The notes under the pieces are model-generated. The model made no database searches, had not been told where the DNA came from, and was given only the letters and a program-made list of their open reading frames with translations. Positions 18,226-26,242 of a stretch of DNA of 64,000 nucleotides are shown piece after piece. The position numbers were made by a program, and so were the translations under genes. The stretch lies in assembly GCA_026707225.1 (NCBI GenBank), contig JAPOXG010000104.1, forward strand, positions 425-64,424, written 5' to 3'. This stretch comes from Chloroflexota bacterium (lineage in GTDB: Bacteria; Chloroflexota; Anaerolineae; Aggregatilineales; Phototrophicaceae). How positions within the stretch are numbered: the stretch's first letter is position 1; every line of letters begins with the position of its first letter.

Positions 18226-19047
18226 CTAGTCCATGTGTACGCCGCCATCTACCGTCAGGGACGCGCCGGTCATGAAATCCGATTGACCTGAGGCGAGGAA
18301 GACGGCCACATTCGCTATTTCACGCTGCCCCGTTATTCTTCCCAAAGCCGAGTTCTGGATGGCCTTGGCGATCATCTGTTCGCGATGGACGGCAGCGTCG
18401 ACGCCGGCAGGGGCGAGCACAGAGGCCATATCGTCGAGCCGTTCGCTCGCAATTAAGCCCGGGCATATCGCGTACACGGTGATTCCGTGTGGTCCCAGCT
18501 CGCACGCCAGCGCTTGGGTGAAACCGCGCACGGCGAATTTTGAGGCGCAGTAAGCGGCAAAACGCGCGACGCCATACTTGCCGGAGGTTGACGAGATATT
18601 GATAATCGCGCCAGCGCCGCCCCGTTGGAGCATGTGCCGCGCCACCGCTCGACAACAAAGAAAGGTGCCTTTGACGTTGACGCGCTGCACAAAATCGAAA
18701 GCCTCTTCTTCCAGCTCGACCACCGGTACGCGATCCCGTCCGGCAGGGGCGCCAGCGTTGTTGACAAGAATGTCAATTCTGCCAAAGCGCTCCAGCGCGC
18801 GCTCCACCATCTCTTCGACCTGATCGGCTTGCGTGACATCGGCGAAGACAGGCAGCGCCCGTCGTCCCAGCGCTTCAATCTCCTGGACGACATTGGGCAG
18901 TCCCTTGCGCGGCGTGGCGTCTTCGCTCAGGTCATTGACAATCAAATCGGCGCCTTCTTCTGCCAAGCGCAAAGCCACCGCTCGCCCGATTCCATTCGCC
19001 CCCGCGGCGCCCGTTACCAGCGCTACCTTGCCTTGCAAGTCATACAT
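18226..19047 (-). CDS. SDR-family oxidoreductase
   Basis: TGAAGANGIGRA, NNAG, and YCASKFA (YxxxK). Confidence 0.9.
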   Translation of the reverse strand: MYDLQGKVALVTGAAGANGIGRAVALRLAEEGADLIVNDLSEDATPRKGLPNVVQEIEALGRRALPVFADVTQADQVEEMVERALERFGRIDILVNNAGAPAGRDRVPVVELEEEAFDFVQRVNVKGTFLCCRAVARHMLQRGGAGAIINISSTSGKYGVARFAAYCASKFAVRGFTQALACELGPHGITVYAICPGLIASERLDDMASVLAPAGVDAAVHREQMIAKAIQNSALGRITGQREIANVAVFLASGQSDFMTGASLTVDGGVHMD

Positions 19048-19065
19048 TGGTCTCTCCCGGTGCGT

Positions 19066-19917
19066 TTAGCGCAAAATCCGTTGATCGCTGATGTCTTTGC
19101 CGCCAATCGTCTTTGTCAGGCTGGAGCCCCGATACTCCAGGATTTCCAGGTCGGCGAAGGCGTTGACAATATTGTATTGCGTTGGCAAATCTTCCCAGCG
19201 CGCTCGATGAAACTCGATGCGGCCCGAGCCAACGCGCTGCTCGAGAATGCGCTGGTTCGAATTGGCTGCTGGTGTCAAAACCGGGTATGCGATATCGGCG
19301 CTACCCCATTCGCCGGTGCGCGGCATGTATTTGTAGTGCAAGGCGCCGTCGCCGGTGGCACTCGCCTGCCTCGTTTGGATTTCCTCGGACGTCAACTCAC
19401 GTAGGTCAAACAAATGCATGTCGAGGAATTTGAAACCAAGCCAACTGGCGATCAGATGATATGCGCCGCGCAAACGCGTTGGCGGGGGCAGCTCGCAATA
19501 AATTTTGGAGAAGCCGATTTCTTCGCGGCCCGTGAGAATCGGATCGGTCAAATTCTCCCAAAGCACCGTCAAAAAGCTGCCTCGCGCCTGGTCCTGCTCG
19601 CCACTGAACTGCACGGGAAAACTGACGCCCAAGACATTGTAGCCGCGGCCCGCCAGCCATTCGATCTCCGTCATGTGATTGCTGGAGACGGTGACGACGG
19701 GCTCGCCGTCGAGGGAGAAACCCGGTGGCAGAAAGGCTTGCAGCTGCCGCGCATTGCTGAGGAAGCTTACGCTATAAGCCGTGCCCAATGGATTGTCGAT
19801 GCACTCGAATTTCCGCCCGTCAGGTCCCTGCCGGGGACCGGTGCGCGGACCAAAATGCGTCGGCATGTAATACATCTTGTCGGGATCGAGTGGATAGGGC
19901 ATGGCAATATCCTTCAA
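19066..19917 (-). CDS. Acetoacetate decarboxylase (ADC)-fold family protein
   Basis: Length and overall pattern resemble the ADC/Sbi_00515-like family: N-terminal YxMP, beta-rich sequence, conserved HYKYMP region. This is recognition by eye only. Confidence 0.45.
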   Translation of the reverse strand: MKDIAMPYPLDPDKMYYMPTHFGPRTGPRQGPDGRKFECIDNPLGTAYSVSFLSNARQLQAFLPPGFSLDGEPVVTVSSNHMTEIEWLAGRGYNVLGVSFPVQFSGEQDQARGSFLTVLWENLTDPILTGREEIGFSKIYCELPPPTRLRGAYHLIASWLGFKFLDMHLFDLRELTSEEIQTRQASATGDGALHYKYMPRTGEWGSADIAYPVLTPAANSNQRILEQRVGSGRIEFHRARWEDLPTQYNIVNAFADLEILEYRGSSLTKTIGGKDISDQRILR

Positions 19918-20984
19918 TAGATAGATATGTCAGATTTTTTGCTGGTGGCTCTTTTTGCCGGCAGCGGCGCGCTGACATGGATAAGGAGGTAGCCGAGTAA
20001 TCCATAGAGGGCCGCGGCAAGAATCTGAAAGCCGTGCAAAATAAAGCCGGCGGCGGTGGAATCGGCTTCGGGCATGCCGGCAAACTGCGTCAAGCCAAAG
20101 AGCCAGGCCGCTTCCACAACGCCGAATCCGCTGATCGTGAATGGGAAAGCGGAGGCGAACATGCCGAGGCTGATTATAGCGATGAACACCGGCAATTGCA
20201 CATCGACGCCCAAGGCGCGCAGCAAGATATAGTTGGTAAGGAAGGACGATGTGTAGGTGAAGCAGGTGGTAAAGAGCGCGGTAAGAAAGAGGCGCGGCTG
20301 GCGGATGCGGTCCATCTCGTCGCCCAAGTGCGACAGGCGATTGTTTAAGCCAGCGGCGAGCCCCGGGCGCCGCCCTTCGGCGACAGTCAAAATCGGCTGC
20401 GCGCGCCGTTGAAAGGCTCTTATCACGCTGCCGCCGAAATACAGCCCGACGACGCTGATGGCAAAGGTCACGGCGATTGCGAGTGTGAGTTCATCGCGCT
20501 GCGCCGCCAGCTGCTCAGCGCTCGCCGGTATGCTCGAGGCGAAAACCATGACGATGATCAACAGCTCCAAGACGCGCGCGCCGAAGAGGCTGCTCAAGCC
20601 TTCTTCCATCGAGTAATTCAGGCGAGAGCGAAGCAAGACAATATAGGATAGCTCCCCCAGCTTAAATGGCAGCGCGCGGACCAGGAAATTATGATAGAGC
20701 GTGATGGGTATTAGGATGCGCCAGGGCGAATCACGCTTGTCGAGCAAAATGCGAAATCGCAGCGCTCGAAACAGATTCAACGCCAGATAAGCCATCAGCG
20801 CGCCAACCCAGTTCGAAAAGGCGATGCGCCCGAGCATTTGGTCGAATTCCGCCCAATTGACGCGCCCGATTAGATCTGCCAGCAGGACAACCGTGATGAC
20901 GATGCTGGCTCCGCGCGTGAGCAGCTGGCGCCGCGAAGGGTTGGCGCCCGACGATCGGTTGCTAGTCTTGGCTGGGTCAGTCAT
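19914..20984 (-). CDS. Flippase-like (lysylphosphatidylglycerol-synthase TM-region / UPF0104) membrane protein
   Basis: About 8 TM helices. The N-terminal basic segment followed by VNWAEF...IAFSNW is typical of the family. There is a 4-nt overlap with the downstream ADC-fold gene. Confidence 0.6.
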   Translation of the reverse strand: MTDPAKTSNRSSGANPSRRQLLTRGASIVITVVLLADLIGRVNWAEFDQMLGRIAFSNWVGALMAYLALNLFRALRFRILLDKRDSPWRILIPITLYHNFLVRALPFKLGELSYIVLLRSRLNYSMEEGLSSLFGARVLELLIIVMVFASSIPASAEQLAAQRDELTLAIAVTFAISVVGLYFGGSVIRAFQRRAQPILTVAEGRRPGLAAGLNNRLSHLGDEMDRIRQPRLFLTALFTTCFTYTSSFLTNYILLRALGVDVQLPVFIAIISLGMFASAFPFTISGFGVVEAAWLFGLTQFAGMPEADSTAAGFILHGFQILAAALYGLLGYLLIHVSAPLPAKRATSKKSDISIY

Positions 20985-20991
20985 GGGGCGC

Positions 20992-21972
20992 TCAATCTAC
21001 GCGGTACCAGTGTGACAGATCGCGGTCCAGCAAGGCGCTCAGCGCATCAATGTCGCCTTCCAGCTCGCGCGCCAGGCGTCGGCGAAAGTCTGTGGTCAAG
21101 GGCGAGCGATTCTCGTATTTGGTGTAGACGGCGATCATGCCTTTGACCGCCCGCGTCCGAAAACTTTGCGGGACGAGGGAATGCGTCGTCGCCAGGTAGG
21201 TCAGCCGATCTTTCAGCAGCATGAGAGAAAAGCCGCTGTCTACAATGAGCTTCTGCAGCCATTCCAGGCGCACTTCCTTATTGGGATTGCGAATGTCGAA
21301 GGTCATGCTGTAGCTCGTGTCCAGGTCGAGAAAGTCCAGCACGCCGCGGAAGGCAGCAGGCGTATCTGAACGGAAATCGTCAAAGATAATGACCATGACG
21401 TTCTCGCGGCCAAAGCGCTCGATATAGCGCGGCGCCTGCTCGTTAAAGCGCGCCATTTCACGATAGTACAGCCCGGTGATGCAATGGGCGGCGCGACGGA
21501 TCCGCCGGCCCGCCCGCCGATCGGCCTCGGCGGACAGCGCTTCCTCGAAACTTTCGATCTGCTCATTGCCGCTATAGCGAAACTGCGACCACATCGAGTA
21601 CATCATATCAATTGGGTTGCGCAGCATGATGATGATCTTCGCCGCCGGGTCGTAAGCGTGAATCTCCTGCGCCGCGTTTTTGCTGGCCAGATACCAGGGC
21701 GATGACTCGCCGATGCGTTTTTCGCCGCGCGCATCGCGGAAGAGCTTCAGATAACGGTCGGGCTTGCCGCGGAATTGATGGAAACGAGAGCCCTCCAGGT
21801 CGGAGCCAAAAAAGTGAGGCTCCTTAAAAAAGGGCATGAAGACATCGGGATGGCGCTGCAAGTATTCATGCAGAGAGGTCGTGCCGCATTTTGGCGCGCC
21901 TACGATGAAGAAATTTGGCTTGGCTCCCCCCTGCAGGGCGCTGGAACGGAACGCGCTTTTTGGAAGCGCCAT
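20992..21972 (-). CDS. Sulfotransferase (PAPS-dependent)
   Basis: 5-prime-PSB loop GAPKCGTTSL and a 3-prime-PB-like motif MLRNPIDMMYS. Confidence 0.85.
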   Translation of the reverse strand: MALPKSAFRSSALQGGAKPNFFIVGAPKCGTTSLHEYLQRHPDVFMPFFKEPHFFGSDLEGSRFHQFRGKPDRYLKLFRDARGEKRIGESSPWYLASKNAAQEIHAYDPAAKIIIMLRNPIDMMYSMWSQFRYSGNEQIESFEEALSAEADRRAGRRIRRAAHCITGLYYREMARFNEQAPRYIERFGRENVMVIIFDDFRSDTPAAFRGVLDFLDLDTSYSMTFDIRNPNKEVRLEWLQKLIVDSGFSLMLLKDRLTYLATTHSLVPQSFRTRAVKGMIAVYTKYENRSPLTTDFRRRLARELEGDIDALSALLDRDLSHWYRVD

Positions 21973-22159
21973 AGGCTGTTGCTATGAACCCCGAATCGAT
22001 ACCAGTGGATTATAGTACAAAACAGGCGGGACGATAGGCTGCTGGAAAGGCGAACTCGCTTCCGCCGCCATCAGCGCGCCAGCCGCCAAATTCTGACAAT
22101 GAGTCCCTGAATCTGTTAAGCTATAAGAAAATATGCAGGGCGAGTGTCAGGAGCGTCCC

Positions 22160-22993
22160 ATGTCAAAGAAGAAGGGGGCCAAATCGGGGCGGCCGCCGCG
22201 GCTCAAAAGGAAGTTCTACGAAAAAGAGTTGGTGCGATTGCAATTCGAGTTGGTGAAATGGCAGTACTGGATCAAGCACAACGAAATGCGTGTCATGATC
22301 ACCTTTGACGGGCGCGATGCCGCCGGGAAGGGTGGCACGATCAAGCGCATCATGGCGCCGCTGCAGCCGCGCGATATTCGCCTGGTGGCGCTTGGCAAGC
22401 CATCGGACCGCGAACAGACCCAATGGTATTTCCAGCGCTATGTCACGCATTTGCCGGCCGCTGGCGAAATCGTGCTCTTTGATCGAAGTTGGTACAACCG
22501 CGCCACGGTCGAGCGGGTGATGGGCTTTTGTAGCGACCGGGAATATTGGGACTTCCTGCGCGATGCGCCGAACTTTGAGCGCCTGCTGATTCATGACGGC
22601 ATCATCCTGCTCAAGTACTGGCTGTCAGTGGATGATGACGAACAGGAGCGCCGCTTCCAGGAGAGAGCGGCCAACGCGGCTCGCCGCTGGAAACTGAGCC
22701 CGATCGATATCGAGGGGCGCAATCGTTGGGTCGAATACTCGCGGGCGAAAGACGCCATGATCGAGCACACCGATATTCCGGAATGCCGCTGGCGCCAGGT
22801 CAATTCCAATGACAAACGGCGTCTGCGCCTCAACGTCATACGAGACATGCTGGAGGCAATTCCTTACGAGAATGTGATCCCCGGCGCGATGACGCTGCCG
22901 GATGTGCCGCCGCAGGAAGAATACATGACGCGGCCGCCGCGGGATACGCATTATCTGGTTAATGATTTCTACGCCGACATGGTGCGTGACTGA
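22160..22993 (+). CDS. ppk2: Polyphosphate kinase 2
   Basis: FDGRDAAGKGGTIKRI Walker A, FDRSWYNR, and a lid region typical of PPK2. Confidence 0.9.
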   Translation: MSKKKGAKSGRPPRLKRKFYEKELVRLQFELVKWQYWIKHNEMRVMITFDGRDAAGKGGTIKRIMAPLQPRDIRLVALGKPSDREQTQWYFQRYVTHLPAAGEIVLFDRSWYNRATVERVMGFCSDREYWDFLRDAPNFERLLIHDGIILLKYWLSVDDDEQERRFQERAANAARRWKLSPIDIEGRNRWVEYSRAKDAMIEHTDIPECRWRQVNSNDKRRLRLNVIRDMLEAIPYENVIPGAMTLPDVPPQEEYMTRPPRDTHYLVNDFYADMVRD

Positions 22994-22994
22994 T

Positions 22995-23699
22995 TTACTT
23001 CTTGCCGGTGGCTAGTTTTCGGCGCGTCTCACGGACGGCGATGGCGGGCAGAGCCGGGGCCTTGGCTTCGATATAGGCGGCGATTGATTCGCGGTGCTGC
23101 TTGACGCCCTTGCGCAGGAGCCAGGAAATCGCCTTGGTGATGCGCCCGTCCTTGTCACTCTTGAGCCGGTCAATCAGCGCGAGCGACAGGTCGAGTATTC
23201 GCGGGTCCGGCGATTGCGAGATGGGCGCTGTCAGCAATACGAGCGCGGCGCGGCGCTTGTTGACATTGTCGTCGCAGGCCAGCGATTGGAGCAGCGCGGC
23301 CCAGCCTTCCCAATCCGCCAGCAGATCTTTCTCGCTGAAGACGGTCTGGCAGGTGCTGTCAACTTCGGCCCAGCCGTTCAAGCAGCCGAGCCAGGCATCC
23401 AATTGAGCGAGCGGCAGCTCTCGGCGGTAGCGCGGGAATTTGCGCAATAGCGTCCGCGGGGCGCAGCGCTCCTCGTAGGATTCTCCATGGTAGAGGGAGT
23501 CGATCAGCGCCAGCCAATCGTCGTAGCTGAGGTCTCTGTGGGCGGCGATGAAAGCGAGCGCGATAGCGCGGCTCTGCTCGTTCTTTAGCCCGTGCCATTT
23601 TCGCGTTGTGCCGAGGTGTTCGGGGCGTTGCTTGACGGGCCCGCGGCCTGGGTTGGCGGCTTGGATTTCGCGCAGGATGGCTTGATGGTGAGGGTTCAC
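22995..23699 (-). CDS. DNA alkylation repair (AlkD-like HEAT repeat) protein
   Basis: About 230 aa, helical-repeat composition, with a WLLRKG-type C-terminal motif as in the AlkD/DNA_alkylation family. Confidence 0.55.
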   Translation of the reverse strand: MNPHHQAILREIQAANPGRGPVKQRPEHLGTTRKWHGLKNEQSRAIALAFIAAHRDLSYDDWLALIDSLYHGESYEERCAPRTLLRKFPRYRRELPLAQLDAWLGCLNGWAEVDSTCQTVFSEKDLLADWEGWAALLQSLACDDNVNKRRAALVLLTAPISQSPDPRILDLSLALIDRLKSDKDGRITKAISWLLRKGVKQHRESIAAYIEAKAPALPAIAVRETRRKLATGKK

Positions 23700-23725
23700 A
23701 GCGAGCCGGCTGGTGGGTGAAGGCA

Positions 23726-23751
23726 GGGGCGACCGACCCGGTCGCCCGCAC
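23726..23751. repeat. REP-like GC-rich palindromic element
   Basis: GGGGCGACCGACCCGGTCGCCCGCAC, between the rpmB stop and the alkD-like start. Confidence 0.6.
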
Positions 23752-23770
23752 AGCGCATTCAGATGTGGGG

Positions 23771-24010
23771 CTAAAGCAGTTGCTTGAGCGGGATGTTGCG
23801 GCGTTTGAGGAATTCCATGAAACCGATCTTATCGATGGTTTTGATCTCTTTCGCCGTGATTTTGACGCGCACCCAGCGGTCGAGCTCGGGCACGTAGATG
23901 CGTTTGTTTTGCAGGTTCGGCTTGAACTGGCGCTTGACGGTATTGAAGGCTTTGCTGCGCGAATGGCCGAAGAGCGGCTTGGCACCGGTGATTTTGCGTT
24001 TGCCGGGCAT
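23771..24010 (-). CDS. rpmB: 50S ribosomal protein L28
   Basis: MPGKRKITGAKPLFGHSRSKAFNTVKRQFKPNLQ is the characteristic L28 N-terminus. Confidence 0.9.
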   Translation of the reverse strand: MPGKRKITGAKPLFGHSRSKAFNTVKRQFKPNLQNKRIYVPELDRWVRVKITAKEIKTIDKIGFMEFLKRRNIPLKQLL

Positions 24011-24472
24011 GGTCTAGCTCCCGTGATCGATATGGGTGACGGATTATAACTGATGTTTGGCGTATGTCGAGGGGCTGTTTGCTTGCCGAAACCAGAACGG
24101 AGTGGCGCGGTTTCCGCCAATGAATTGCGGAATTCCGCCAAGGGGAATGCGTGCGCCGGCGCGGGTTTGGCGATGGCGAGGAGAAAGTGATTTTGCGCAA
24201 AAGATTGGTCGCATGGCCGTGATGAGATCGAGGGGAAATTCATTTGGACAGGAGACTTGAGATCTGCGCGCAAGCGCACATGAGGCGAGTGTGGCAGAGC
24301 AAGGCAGGTGTAGGGCGACTGGATGGACGCGCATTTGCTGCGGCGAACTAGGCGCTGCCGGTCATGTAAGCTTTGAATACATGCATGTTTGGATGATGCG
24401 GATATGCGAGGAGCATGGCGATCCTAGGGAGAAATGCCGTGACCATGGAAATTGCCAAGCGAACAGGAGGTA

Positions 24473-24979
24473 CTAGCAGCACATTGTCTTTGTCCAACGT
24501 GGTGGGCAATCAAACCTGTTGTCAAATCGAATCTTGCCCGGTTCTCGACCAAAAAGGTTATGACCGAATCCATTCCTTAGCAAGTTATACATGGAATCAG
24601 CAACATTGGACGTCAAGCCGGGAAACATCTCTTGCAGACCGGACTTGTAGCGGGTTTCTGGTTTAGGAGTTTTCAGATGGCTAAGACGGAAGTAAGTTTC
24701 CGGCGCGGGGTTAATGTCCATAATGATGGCAAAGTTGTTCTCTTCTCTGTTCGAATTGATGCGATCGATGAGCGGGATTTCCCACCAGCTGCTTAGCGTA
24801 TGAATGAAATAGCACAAAAGGTCGTAGTCGTCCAATCGACTCAGGACCGGATCGCCATGAACAGGCAGGTAAGATATGCCCAGGTTGTCCAGAGTTACAT
24901 GCAACAGCGTATCTTTGAGCGCTTGGCCCTGACGCCATTGGATTTCAAAGCTTTTACGAATGATATAATCTTGCGTCAT
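24473..24979 (-). CDS. Hypothetical protein (168 aa), second gene of an AT-richer two-gene cassette
   Basis: Long ORF in a region visibly AT-richer than its flanks. The ATG lies 1 nt after the upstream gene's stop. I recognise no motif. Confidence 0.5.
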   Translation of the reverse strand: MTQDYIIRKSFEIQWRQGQALKDTLLHVTLDNLGISYLPVHGDPVLSRLDDYDLLCYFIHTLSSWWEIPLIDRINSNREENNFAIIMDINPAPETYFRLSHLKTPKPETRYKSGLQEMFPGLTSNVADSMYNLLRNGFGHNLFGREPGKIRFDNRFDCPPRWTKTMCC

Positions 24980-24980
24980 C

Positions 24981-25211
24981 TCATGATGCGTCAGCAGCAA
25001 TGCGGGTCATCACAGCATTGGCCAGGAAATCAGGAACCTCCATGTCGCGTAACATCGCTCTCACCGTGTCCGCCGAGATGTTCAGATAATCGAAACTGAA
25101 TTCAATTTCCGGATATCGACTCCAAGTCGCGCTATCTTTGTCATGTTTCCACTTAACTGTGATGACTTTCCCCATGACTTCAACGTTGTAGACATATCCT
25201 TTAGGATTCAT
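24981..25211 (-). CDS. Hypothetical small protein (76 aa), first gene of the cassette
   Basis: ORF starting MNPKGYVYNVEV, tightly coupled to the downstream ORF. I recognise no motif. Confidence 0.4.
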   Translation of the reverse strand: MNPKGYVYNVEVMGKVITVKWKHDKDSATWSRYPEIEFSFDYLNISADTVRAMLRDMEVPDFLANAVMTRIAADAS

Positions 25212-25308
25212 GCTCGTCCCTCCCCGGTCAGGTCCCATTGCCGGCGACGGTTTCGCTTATGATACCATAGGCTCACTTTGAGAATCGAGCGGGGGGTGTT
25301 TTCTGACT

Positions 25309-26187
25309 GTGCGCCAGGTCATGGTCCGGCAACTTATGAACATCCGCACCATTCAAGCCAAGTCCATCCTCACGCCCCAGAAGCGCGGCTTTCTGATGGC
25401 GGGCGAGCGACCTTATACCCACAGCCTCTCCTGGGCGACCGGCTGCGGCTACGGAAAGCTATATTGCGGCGCCTTCTGCTACGCGCAGATGCTGCCCAAT
25501 TGGCACTTTGGGCGGCGGGCGGGCGAGGCTTGGGGAGCGGCGCTGATCATCAAGGAGAACGCGCCGGAACTTTTGGAAGCGCAGCTCGCTCACGCGCGGC
25601 ATCGGCGGGAAATGCGCATCTTTATGAGCCCGGTGACCGATCCGTATCAGCCGATTGAGCGCAAGTTGCGGTTGACGCGGCGCTGCCTCGAGGTCTTCGC
25701 TCGCTATGACGATCTCGATTTGCTGCTGATTCAAACGCGCGGACCGGCCGTGGTTGATGACTTGGACTTGATATCGGCGATACCCTATGCCTGGCTGGGC
25801 ATGACGATCGAGACCGACCGGCATGACTTGCCCTATGGTCCCACGAAGTCACAGATAGAGCGGCGGCTGGAGGCGGTGAAGCGGGCGGTGGCTGGCGGAC
25901 TGTCTGCCCAGATCGCGGTATCGCCCTGCCTGCGGTATTCAGGCGCCTTTGCCGAGCGCTTGCTGGAGACGGGGGCGCAGCGCATCGTCATCGACACCTT
26001 CGCCATCGGCGATGGCAGCCGCGGGGCGCGCACCGCCAATAGTCCCTTTGCCGCGCTGGCAGATTATGATTGGCGCGATGATGAGATCGCCATCAGCCTC
26101 TATCATCAATTGAGCGCCTATCACGATTGCGTGGAATGGAGCGGGGCGGGTTTCGCGGGGATTCCGGGGCGCCAGCAATTGCATTGA
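25309..26187 (+). CDS. Radical-SAM/SPL-like TIM-barrel protein with non-canonical Cys spacing
   Basis: The overall pattern resembles COG1533-type DNA-repair-photolyase/Rv2578c-like proteins. The Cys cluster reads GCGYGKLYCGAFCYAQ (CX6CX3C) rather than CX3CX2C. Confidence 0.4.
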   Translation: MRQVMVRQLMNIRTIQAKSILTPQKRGFLMAGERPYTHSLSWATGCGYGKLYCGAFCYAQMLPNWHFGRRAGEAWGAALIIKENAPELLEAQLAHARHRREMRIFMSPVTDPYQPIERKLRLTRRCLEVFARYDDLDLLLIQTRGPAVVDDLDLISAIPYAWLGMTIETDRHDLPYGPTKSQIERRLEAVKRAVAGGLSAQIAVSPCLRYSGAFAERLLETGAQRIVIDTFAIGDGSRGARTANSPFAALADYDWRDDEIAISLYHQLSAYHDCVEWSGAGFAGIPGRQQLH

Positions 26188-26242
26188 ACCTTTCGGCGCC
26201 GCAATGGCTCTTTGTAATGCAAGCATAGAGATCGGAGCGCGT

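Noticed and set aside
23359-24279. 306-aa Pro/Arg/Ser-rich minus-strand ORF
   Set aside because: It overlaps the AlkD-like gene and rpmB in a different frame. Its low-complexity composition and lack of motifs argue against it. rpmB is unambiguous.
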